Source: an uncultured cyanobacterium
GTDB taxonomy: Bacteria > Cyanobacteriota > Cyanobacteriia > Leptolyngbyales > Leptolyngbyaceae
Reading direction: 5' to 3'
NCBI GenBank assembly: GCA_963766075.1
Contig: CAVYAN010000102.1
Span: 1-14,146 of the forward strand
Length of the DNA stretch: 14,146 nucleotides
Below the pieces are notes generated by a model, which was not told the origin of the DNA, ran no database searches, and saw only the letters and a list, made by a program, of their open reading frames with translations. A program made the position numbers and the translations under genes. Of this stretch, positions 1-7,348 are shown in pieces; position 1 is the stretch's first letter; each line of letters starts with the position of its first letter.

Positions 1-122
1 GCTAACACAATCTATGGGATTTATGGTCTCGTCGCATTTCACAAGCCGATCGAGTGGTTTACAAGTTCGATGATGAATATGTTTACATCTTTGCCATTGG
101 CGGCCACTACGACACACGTTAG
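1..122 (+). pseudogene. yoeB: 3' part of a Txe/YoeB-family toxin, apparently disrupted
   Basis: Frame 3 reads *HNLWDLWSRRISQADRVVYKFDDEYVYIFAIGGHYDTR* (stop 120-122). This matches the YoeB C-terminal pattern (K)HNLxGxWSRRI...RxxY...GHY. There is an in-frame TAA at 3-5 where Lys is expected; 'g cta a cac' fits loss of 2 A from 'cta aaa cac'. The 5' end is outside the window. Confidence 0.8.
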
Positions 123-334
123 CGTGATCCGACATTTAGCCGCAGCCCAACCAATCTGCCCGCAATCGCCCTACCCATTTCCCCCTGCCTAAGCCTCGCC
201 TGAGGCAGCCGCCACGATCGCTTCCACCCGCGCCTGCCCCCATCTCCAGGTCTAAAAAACGCCTTATATTTGGCTAAATCAACGAAAAACTGCTCCCCTA
301 AATCGCTAGCATCCTGTTGCTCAGGTACAAAACT

Positions 335-928
335 ATGACCCTTGCAACCTCACCCCTCATAACCGATCAACGCCTGGTTTTAGCTGGGCGCACTTGGGAG
401 CAGTTCAAGCTGATTCAAGCTGGCTTCGAGGACTTTCCCGGTTCTCGTTTGTTTTATTACAAAGGTACAATTGAGATCCTCATGCCGGGACGTGACCATG
501 AAGTGTTGAAAAGCCTCATTGGGTTTTTGATTGAACTATTTTTCTTGGAAACTGGTATTGAGTTCGCGCCAACAGGTTCCATGACTCAAGAGCGTGAGGG
601 CATGGCATCGGTTCAGGCCGATGAATCGTATTGCATTGGGGCATCCAAGCCCATTCCTGATCTATCCATCAAAGTAGTATTTACCAGTGGCGGCCCCAAC
701 AAGTTGCAGCACTATCAAGCATTGGGCCTGCCAGAAGTCTAGTTTTGGCAAGATGGGGCGTTTAGCCTGTACCGCCTACGGGAATCTGGTTATGAACGCA
801 TTGATCGAAGCCAGATTCCCGATCTGGCAGCCCTAGATTTTGGGTTACTCAGTCGGTGTGTGCGCATGGGTGAGACATCCAGACTGGAAGCCATGCACGA
901 GTTTCGGCGGGGTGTCCAGCAACGATAA
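335..928 (+). pseudogene. Uma2-family (DUF820) PD-(D/E)XK endonuclease with a premature stop
   Basis: ATG at 335 gives MTLATSPLITDQRLVL..TWEQF..IEILMPGRDHE..QADESYCIG..PDLSIKVVFTSG..YQALGLPEV. TAG at 740-742 sits where Trp is expected (PEVWFW). The same frame continues FWQDGAFSLYRLRESGYERIDRSQIPDL...QR* to 928. Confidence 0.85.
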
Positions 929-955
929 GGTTGCGTCAACTGGCACTGTGAGATC

Positions 956-985
956 GCTTAGAAGCGGCGATCGCCGCTTCTAAGC
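956..985. repeat. Perfect 30-bp palindrome centred on HIP1
   Basis: GCTTAGAAGCGGCGA|TCGCCGCTTCTAAGC, with GCGATCGC at 967-974. It lies between the two convergent Uma2 genes. Confidence 0.9.
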
Positions 986-1179
986 CAAACAGACCTACCG
1001 ACTCAACGCCGTGATGGCTCAGGTGTCGAGCAAGCGCGATCGAGGCTGGGTGAGATGGGACTGGTTGTGATGGAGTGATTTTAGGGATGATTTTAGGAGC
1101 GATCGCCTCCCCGGCAAAATCCAAGTCAACAGAGATCGAAGCGAGATCGTCCCCGCCTAAAGATTCAGAGATGTGGTGA

Positions 1180-1785
1180 CTACCAAATTCGGCTCATGCT
1201 CAGTACAAAACCTGGCATCACCGCACCGCACGCGATCGCCTCCGGTGCCTGCAAGATCTCCACCTCTTGCCCCAACCGATAAATCTCCACCTGCCGATCC
1301 TGTGGGTTCACCAACAGCCCCAGCTTCACCCCAAGCCGTTGATATTCCTGCATCTTCTCCTGCAACGGCTTCAAATTATCCGTCGCCGATCGCAACTCAA
1401 TCACAAAATCAGGCGCGATCGGAATAAACCCAATAATCTTTATCCCCTCCAGCCGAGACTTCTCAATCCAAGACACATCCGGCGATCTCTTTCCACCCCC
1501 GATCGCCGTAAAATCATAGCCCGTTGAGGAATCGAAGGTTCGACCCAAATTACTTTGTCGGTTCCAGTACCAAACTTCACCCAATAAATCTCCATTCTTT
1601 TCTCCGCTTTCACCACCCCCCGGAGCCATAACAATCAATTCTCCATCTTTTGTTAATTCCAGGCGTAGATCGGGGTTATCGATACAAAGTTGGTCGAAAT
1701 GCTCCGGCGTTACGGTCAGCTTGGCATGGCTAACATTCAATAACAGCCGATCGGCAGATGATTCAGAAACCGTGGCAGTTGTCAT
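1180..1785 (-). CDS. Uma2-family (DUF820) endonuclease
   Basis: Motifs: NPDLRLELTKDGELIVMAP, FDSSTGY, RSPDVSWI, APDFVIELRSATD, LQEKMQEY, GLLVNPQDRQVEIYR. Likely start is the ATG at 1785, with a GGAGG RBS at 1791-1795 (201 aa). Confidence 0.92.
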   Translation of the reverse strand: MTTATVSESSADRLLLNVSHAKLTVTPEHFDQLCIDNPDLRLELTKDGELIVMAPGGGESGEKNGDLLGEVWYWNRQSNLGRTFDSSTGYDFTAIGGGKRSPDVSWIEKSRLEGIKIIGFIPIAPDFVIELRSATDNLKPLQEKMQEYQRLGVKLGLLVNPQDRQVEIYRLGQEVEILQAPEAIACGAVMPGFVLSMSRIW

Positions 1786-1899
1786 GGAAACCTCCAAATA
1801 GCTTTGGGAGCTAACTTCTGGCATTTCTACTCTATCATAGGCTCTAGATCTAGCCTTGCACCCAGCCTCCGTCCCACTGCCCACTCAGCCCGATGCGCT

Positions 1900-3183
1900 C
1901 TAAATCTGAGCCACAATTTTACAAATCGCCTGCGTAATCGCCGTGAGTTCCGAAGGTTGAATAATATACGGGGGCATCGTATAAATCAGTCGCCCAAACG
2001 GGCGCAACCAAACCCCCTCCTCCACAAACCGTGGCTGGATCACCGCCATATCCACAGGCTCCTGCAACTCCACCACCCCGATCGCCCCCAACACCCGCAC
2101 ATCCTTCACCACCGCCAAACCCCGGCAAGGTGCCAACTCCGCGTGCAACTGGGATTCAATCGCTCGAATCGTCGATCGCCAATCATAACTTTCCAGCAAG
2201 GTCAAATTTTCGATAGCCACCGCACAGGCCAAGGGATTCGCCATAAACGTTGGGCCATGCATAAACACCCCTGCCTCCCCCGCCGCAAATCCCTCACTAA
2301 TCGCCTGGGTCGTCAGCGTCGCCGCCAGAGACATAAATCCCCCCGTCAGCGCCTTGCCCACACAGAGAATGTCTGGACAGACCGCCGCATAGTCACAGGC
2401 AAACATCTTGCCTGTCCGGCCAAACCCAGTCGCAATCTCATCTAAAATCAGTAAAACATCATATTTTTCACAGAGTGTCTTCGCTTGTCGCACATACTCT
2501 GGATGATAAAAACGCATCCCGCCAGCATTCTGTACCACGGGTTCAAAAATGGCCGCTGCGATGCGATCGCCATGAATCTCTAGCAACGCTGCAAAACTAG
2601 CCAAATCTTGTTCTTGCCACTCTTGATCAAACCGTACTTGGGGAGCATCAGCGAAATATTGCGGGGTCAACATATCGCGAAAAAGATGGTGCATCCCATT
2701 CACCGGATCACAGACCGACATCGCCTCAAAGGTGTCCCCATGGTAGCCATTCCGAATCGTGAGAAACCGCTGCTTCTGCGGCAAACCGCGATTGTACCAA
2801 TACTGCACCGCCATCTTCATCGCCACCTCCACCGCCACGGAACCCGAGTCACAAAAAAACACCTGCTGGAGGGGATCTGGCGTCATCGCAATCAATTTCT
2901 GGGCCAACTCCACCGCGGGCTGGTGGGTCAGCCCTCCAAACATAATGTGTGACATCCGATCAATTTGCGCGTGGGCCGCTTGGTTTAAGCGGGGATGGTT
3001 ATACCCATGAATACAAGTCCACCACGAAGAAACGCCATCAATCAGCGATCGCCCATCCATCAATTGAATATAGACACCCTGCGCCGACTCGACGGGAAAC
3101 ACGGGGAACCGATTCGGCATGGCCGCATAGGGATGCCAAACATGCAGGCGATCAAAATCAAGGAGTTGCTGTAAAGACTGCAT
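1900..3183 (-). CDS. bioA: Adenosylmethionine-8-amino-7-oxononanoate (DAPA) aminotransferase
   Basis: 427 aa class-III PLP aminotransferase with BioA-type motifs: FDRLHVWHPY, DGVSSWW, SGSVAVEVAMKMA, GYHGDT, DEIATGFGRTG, GKALTGG (PLP lysine), FMHGPTFMANPLACAVA, RPFGRLIYTMPPY. Confidence 0.95.
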   Translation of the reverse strand: MQSLQQLLDFDRLHVWHPYAAMPNRFPVFPVESAQGVYIQLMDGRSLIDGVSSWWTCIHGYNHPRLNQAAHAQIDRMSHIMFGGLTHQPAVELAQKLIAMTPDPLQQVFFCDSGSVAVEVAMKMAVQYWYNRGLPQKQRFLTIRNGYHGDTFEAMSVCDPVNGMHHLFRDMLTPQYFADAPQVRFDQEWQEQDLASFAALLEIHGDRIAAAIFEPVVQNAGGMRFYHPEYVRQAKTLCEKYDVLLILDEIATGFGRTGKMFACDYAAVCPDILCVGKALTGGFMSLAATLTTQAISEGFAAGEAGVFMHGPTFMANPLACAVAIENLTLLESYDWRSTIRAIESQLHAELAPCRGLAVVKDVRVLGAIGVVELQEPVDMAVIQPRFVEEGVWLRPFGRLIYTMPPYIIQPSELTAITQAICKIVAQI

Positions 3184-3184
3184 G

Positions 3185-4147
3185 GGGCGTATCTAGGAGT
3201 TGGGGGGAGTATTTTTCGCCAATGGCAGGATCATTGGGGAAGCGAGCATCAAAGCGTTGATTCACCCAGGCAACGCGCAGGGCTCAGAGGTGATTAAAGC
3301 CGTCCTCACTCCAGCGCATACCGACGCCCTTAAAGCGTTGCTGAATCAACTATTTACAGGTACTTTCAATCATGCCCGAACCGAGGAGAATCCGTTATTG
3401 TTCAAATTTCTGATAGTGAATATGCCGATGATGGCGCTGAAAATAGGCTTGGACTTGGAGTAAAGTGGCCAAGGATTTGCCGCTGAAGGCATCGGTATTA
3501 ATGAATCGGGTCAGGCTTGAGAGCACCGCCTGTGATTGTCCATGGCGCAGTTGATGTCGCCAGTTCTTAAACCAGGAGAGGGCATCAGGGTCTTTCAGGT
3601 CGTCAAAGAGCGCGGTGGTGGCCCGCCAGAGATGGCCAGCGGCATGATAGAAATCGAGTACGGCCATGGCACAGGATTCAAAACAGGTGTGATACACCCG
3701 CCAAAAACCGCGTCCACCATCACTGAGCCAAATCACTTTTGGGGCCAACACAAAGGACTACTAACGTCTCCATCTGACGCGCCTGCTAGCCTTTCGATTC
3801 CAGACGGCTACCACAACGGACACAGGTCCCCAAAGCGGTTGGCGCTTGGGCGCGGCTCGATAACGTCTCTTCCACTACCATCCGCGCCACAAACAGACCC
3901 ATTTGCAGCACCACCCACACCACTGTGCTCAGACTTTACTGTGCTCAGACTTTTGGCCCCTTCAAGCTCTTGATGATATTGCTGCCCTTCCGGTTGGTCG
4001 AGCCAAACTTGTTCCAAAGACCCTAGAATCATGACTAATTATTTTGGTTGAGGACAGGACTATTATCCCCGTCCTTTTTTGTTTTTGTCACTAGGCTATT
4101 CAACATCCACTCATACGTCCGTTCTCCCCTAAGCTCGGGATACGCCC
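3185..4147 (-). mobile_element. Internally deleted, degenerate ISKra4-like insertion sequence (963 bp)
   Basis: Imperfect terminal inverted repeats GGGCGTATCTAGGAGTTGGGGGGAG (3185-3209) and CTCCCCTAAGCTCGGGATACGCCC (4124-4147) enclose transposase remnants. Confidence 0.8.
3193..4032 (-). pseudogene. ISKra4-like DDE transposase pseudogene
   Basis: Motifs: CVRCGSRLESKG, WLSDGGRGFW, VLDFYHAAGHLW, LGSGMIESTCK*LIQQRFKGVGMRWSEDGFNHL*ALRVAWVNQRFD. In-frame stops at 3395, 3350 and 3284, a 16-bp tandem duplication (3922-3953) causing a frameshift, and a large internal deletion near 3755. Confidence 0.85.
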
Positions 4148-4342
4148 GACTGCCCGTCTCTGCTAAAGCCACGAAAGTTTCCCTCCACTTTCAGCAGTTC
4201 TTTTTCATGGGCATCAAACACCCGAATGGTGCCGTCACTAAACTTATGAGAAGAAGTGGTCGCTACGCGCTGTCCGTCTTTGCTAAAGCCACGAAAGTAT
4301 CCTGATACTTTCAGTGATTCTTTACCGCTGGCATCGAATATA
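4148..4342 (-). pseudogene. Internal fragment of a WD40-repeat protein, cut by IS elements on both sides
   Basis: Diverged direct repeat with a 120-bp period (4150-4220 and 4270-4340). The minus strand translates without a stop as IFDASGKESLKVSGYFRGFSKDGQRVATTSSHKFSDGTIRVFDAHEKELLKVEGNFRGFSRDGQ, the WD40 pattern FSxDGQxxAT...DGTIRxxD. Confidence 0.75.
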
Positions 4343-4432
4343 GAGGTGATTTGACATCTTTACAATTATAATCTAAGGTGCTCATCCCCCTTGACTCCAA
4401 TGACTATGAGCTATTCCAGCAGTCTGACTGAT
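4341..4432 (+). mobile_element. Left-end remnant of a second IS5-family element (first codons of its transposase only)
   Basis: TAGAGGTGATTTGACATCT resembles an IS end at a TA site. ATG at 4400/4406 gives (MT)MSYSSSLTD(E), a typical cyanobacterial IS5 transposase N-terminus. It is cut at 4433 by the next IS. Confidence 0.55.
4351..4379 (+). promoter_or_regulatory. Putative sigma70-type promoter in the IS5 remnant
   Basis: TTGACA (4351-4356), 17 bp, then TAAGGT (4374-4379). A TATAAT also occurs at 4367-4372. Confidence 0.35.
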
Positions 4433-5348
4433 GAGGATGTCTGAAAAGCCCAAGTATAGCGAAGGAAGGGAAAAAGAAGCCCTCATTCCGTAAACTGTCA
4501 GAAGAAAGAAACCTTGACAGAAGAATGAGAGCCATGAACCTATCCTATCCGACTGACATGAGTGATGCACAATGGGAACTATTGTTACCGTTGCTCCCTG
4601 CTGCCAAAGCGGGCGGACGCCCCCGCAGTGTCGATCTCAGAGCCATTATCAATGCCATCTTTTATATAGTTGTCGCGGGTGGTGCATGGCGCATGTTGCC
4701 GCACGACTTTCCCAAGTGGCAAACGGTCTATCACTACTTCAGGGCATGGCGCTTAGAGGGTACCTGGGAGAAGATTCATACCCAATGTGTCGAGTGGGAG
4801 CGGACGATTCAAGGGCATGAGGCCGTGCCGAGTGCTGCCAGTATGGATTCCCAATCGGTAAAAACCGGCCTTCCCACGGCGATCACCATCGGTTTTGATG
4901 GCGGCAAAAAAACGAAAGGACGCAAACGTCACCTCATGGTGGACACCTTGGGGTTGGTCATGATGGTTGTGGTCACAGCGGCCAATGTCAGCGACCAAGC
5001 GGGGGCGCGTCTCCTTTTCAATCGCCTTGCGGCGGTGCCGGAGCGGATAGCGCGGTTGGTGCGGATTTGGGTTGATGGCACCTATGAAGGCGTGGATTTT
5101 ATGCGGTGGACGATGGATACCTACCGCTGGATTCTCGAAACCATTAAACGTTTAGAGGCGGCCAAGGGCTTCGTCTTATTGCCGAAACGGTGGGTAGTCG
5201 AACGCACTTGGGGATGGCTCAATTGGTCACGCCGCTTATCGAAAGACTACGAAGTTTTGCCGGAAACCTCCGAAACCTTCATCTATGTTGCCATGATTCA
5301 ACTCATGCTCAGACGGCTAGCGTAGCTGTTAACTTCTCAGACATCTTC
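4433..5348 (+). mobile_element. IS5-family (IS1031-like) insertion sequence, 916 bp
   Basis: 16-bp terminal inverted repeats GAGGATGTCTGAAAAG (4433-4448) and CTTCTCAGACATCTTC (5333-5348), 14/16 complementary. The flanks (GAT / TCA) do not form a target-site duplication. Confidence 0.88.
4534..5325 (+). CDS. IS5-family transposase (single intact ORF)
   Basis: YPTDMSDAQW..GGRPR..WRMLPHDFPKWQTVYHYFRAW; DDE motifs MDSQSVK, GRKRHLMVDTLG, WVDGTY, KRWVVERTWGWL..RRLSKDYE. Alternative start at 4525. Confidence 0.95.
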   Translation: MNLSYPTDMSDAQWELLLPLLPAAKAGGRPRSVDLRAIINAIFYIVVAGGAWRMLPHDFPKWQTVYHYFRAWRLEGTWEKIHTQCVEWERTIQGHEAVPSAASMDSQSVKTGLPTAITIGFDGGKKTKGRKRHLMVDTLGLVMMVVVTAANVSDQAGARLLFNRLAAVPERIARLVRIWVDGTYEGVDFMRWTMDTYRWILETIKRLEAAKGFVLLPKRWVVERTWGWLNWSRRLSKDYEVLPETSETFIYVAMIQLMLRRLA

Positions 5349-5350
5349 TC

Positions 5351-6226
5351 AAGGAAGACAAATTTCTCAAGGCTCCGGAGCGGATTGTAGCGGCGCTGGG
5401 GGCGATTGCCCATTCTCACCAATTGCCATCGGCGTTTGAAGCGATCAGCTGAGTCTTGCTGCCCATCAACGCACTGAGCACCCGCAAAGACATTGCTACC
5501 CGCCTGACCGAGATCTGCAAGAGTTTCTGGTTTCGGAATGAGCAGGAGTTCCAGATTTCCCTGCGGCTGAGTTTTCGACCGGAGGGCTACGGCATTTACG
5601 TCAATCGCAAACAGCAGTTGCAGCAGGCAGGAACAGCGATCGCCACCCGCACCACCTGGATTGAAATGCTCGGACATCGCAATGGCACCCAACTGGCCTT
5701 TGAAACCGGAACGCTGAATTAGGCCAAGTCCACGTCTAAGTTTCCGGGGTTCTGGGAAGTCTTCGAGAAGGCAGCGATCGCCTCTGGAGTGTCCGCCACT
5801 GATTACGAAGTGTTGCTCAGAGCGCTGGAGATAGGTCAGGGACCGCAGTATTCGGTGGCGAAGGGGAAGACGGTGGATTTCAGCGATGCCATGCGACAGG
5901 TGGAAGCGGGGTATCTAGCGACCCTTGACCCCTATTTCAACGACAACCTGATTCCCAGTCTGGCTACAGGCAAAGGAGAAGTCGTCCTGGCAGGCGGTGC
6001 GGCCTATCTAATGCGATCGGCGTTGCAGCAGTACTTTGAGAGTAAGGGCTTTGGTAATCGCTATGCCGTGGCCTGGGGGATGCAAGAACGATTACAGACT
6101 TGGGTGGCGGAACAACTGCCTGAGGTCCAGGAATGTCCCTCGATGCCGATGCGGATGGTGGACTGTTTTGGTCTCTTCCAGGCATTATTGGGAGACGTGA
6201 ACCGCCTCCAGGGAGTTGCCTCATGA
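5351..6226 (+). pseudogene. ParM/StbA-family actin-like plasmid segregation ATPase, 5'-truncated, with two internal stops
   Basis: One frame from 5351 reads KEDKFLKAPERIVAALGAIA...*VLLPINA...RPEGYG...EMLGHRNG...*...VVLAGGAA...RMVDCFGLF. These are the PEG, MxGHRN, GGxA and DxFG motifs of cyanobacterial ParM/StbA proteins. Stops: TGA 5450-5452 and TAG 5720-5722. It joins ORFs 5456..5722 and 5789..6226. Confidence 0.75.
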
Positions 6227-6762
6227 CTGATACCGAAGACCGCTCGGACCGGGTGAAGCTGGTCTATAACGCCCAACGGGATGCCCCAGCGGGGATTGTC
6301 CTCGATTACTTGCTCAACCATCCCCATTTCACCAGTCGCCAGGGACGGCAACAGGCGATGGATGCGATCTCAGCGTTCTATCGCCCTTTGGCGGAGGAGC
6401 ACAGAGGTGTGATGTCGCAGACGGAATTGCAGGAAGTGGCCCGCAACTGCGTGGAAGTTCTGGCCAAGCAGATGGAGGCGCTGTGCAGTCGCTATCAGAT
6501 TGAGGATCCGAGGGCTGCGTATCCTGGGACAGAGGCTTCGGACGGTTTGGGGCGATTGGAGGCGGTGTTGGTGAATGGGTTGGAGGCGATCGCGCTGGCC
6601 CTGCGATCCGGTAGTTTTCTGCCTGTCGGAGAATCTTTCCCAGCCCTACCCGGCCCAGCGATCGCTAACTTTGAGCAAGGCGTGAAAATGGCAGGCGACG
6701 AGTTGGGTGCGTTGGGACTGTTGCTGGAGGACGATGATGCCTTCACTGACCTCGCCGCTTGA
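6223..6762 (+). CDS. Hypothetical protein, candidate ParR-like adaptor coupled to the ParM-like gene
   Basis: ATG at 6223 overlaps the upstream stop (ATGA). 179 aa, MTDTEDRSDRVKLVY...; contains HIP1 sites. Function inferred from position only. Confidence 0.7.
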   Translation: MTDTEDRSDRVKLVYNAQRDAPAGIVLDYLLNHPHFTSRQGRQQAMDAISAFYRPLAEEHRGVMSQTELQEVARNCVEVLAKQMEALCSRYQIEDPRAAYPGTEASDGLGRLEAVLVNGLEAIALALRSGSFLPVGESFPALPGPAIANFEQGVKMAGDELGALGLLLEDDDAFTDLAA

Positions 6763-6808
6763 GTGAACGCTGTCCGCAATTCGTGATTCCCCTATCCCCG
6801 TTCTGATC

Positions 6809-7240
6809 GTGACCTTCTCCCCAAAAGAACCCGAAAAGCCTGCTGGCCAGGAAGCCCGTCAAACCTATCTGGTCTTTGCCAGGTCGGTGATTGGCGAGAC
6901 CAGTGTCGATTACGCGACGGTATATCAACGCTTTGCCCCTAATGATTGGGCTGCCGTCAAACTCGATGATGGCGTGGCCTTGGCCGCTTTGAAGTCCGGG
7001 TATGCAGCAAAAGATGTGGTGGGCTTTCTGCATCAGAGTCCCTATGTGCAACATCAGATTCATGCACAGCAGGTGCCTGTGGCGACGATGACCCAGTATG
7101 CGAAATCAACAGTGCAAAAAGCCCTGAAAGTGCTTGGTCAAACACCAGGTATTCAGAACCAATTGGTTACTGGAGAGACGCTCCAGCCGCCGCGCGATAG
7201 CTGCGCACCAAGAGTCCGCCAACCCCATCAGGAACTTTAG
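6809..7240 (+). CDS. Hypothetical plasmid-type protein; helical domain like the C-terminus of relaxase/primase proteins
   Basis: 143-aa ORF with a GTG start. The motif LDDGVALAALKSGYAAKDVVGFLHQSPYVQ and the Q-rich tail ending QEL recall C-terminal helical domains of Mob/RepB-primase proteins (recollection, not searched). Confidence 0.55.
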   Translation: MTFSPKEPEKPAGQEARQTYLVFARSVIGETSVDYATVYQRFAPNDWAAVKLDDGVALAALKSGYAAKDVVGFLHQSPYVQHQIHAQQVPVATMTQYAKSTVQKALKVLGQTPGIQNQLVTGETLQPPRDSCAPRVRQPHQEL

Positions 7241-7348
7241 CGATTATTCCCCGCCACGACTGGAGCTGGGCGAGCAACTCCTTGGGGGAGAGGGCGGGCA
7301 GTTGCAGAAGCAACACGGAAACCAACGGGAACAGAAACATTGGCATGG

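Noticed and set aside
3200..3210. TTGGGGGGAG as the missing partner arm of the integrase repeats (TCTCCCCCAA)
   Set aside because: It is part of the ISKra4-like terminal inverted repeat, and no tRNA-Pro core is nearby.
1173..3260. Plus-strand ORFs over Uma2 and bioA (e.g. 1804..2445, 213 aa)
   Set aside because: Antisense shadows of well-supported genes, with Arg/His/Pro-rich non-protein-like composition.
4051..4087. Hairpin AGGACAGGA...TCCCCGTCCT plus T-run as a terminator
   Set aside because: The stem is imperfect, it lies inside the IS end, and no supported plus-strand gene lies upstream.
4150..4340. 120-bp-period repeat with internal GAAAGT/ACTTTC hairpins as a CRISPR array or IS ends
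   Set aside because: Only two diverged units, the period is a multiple of 3, and the minus strand encodes WD40-like repeats. No cas genes are present.
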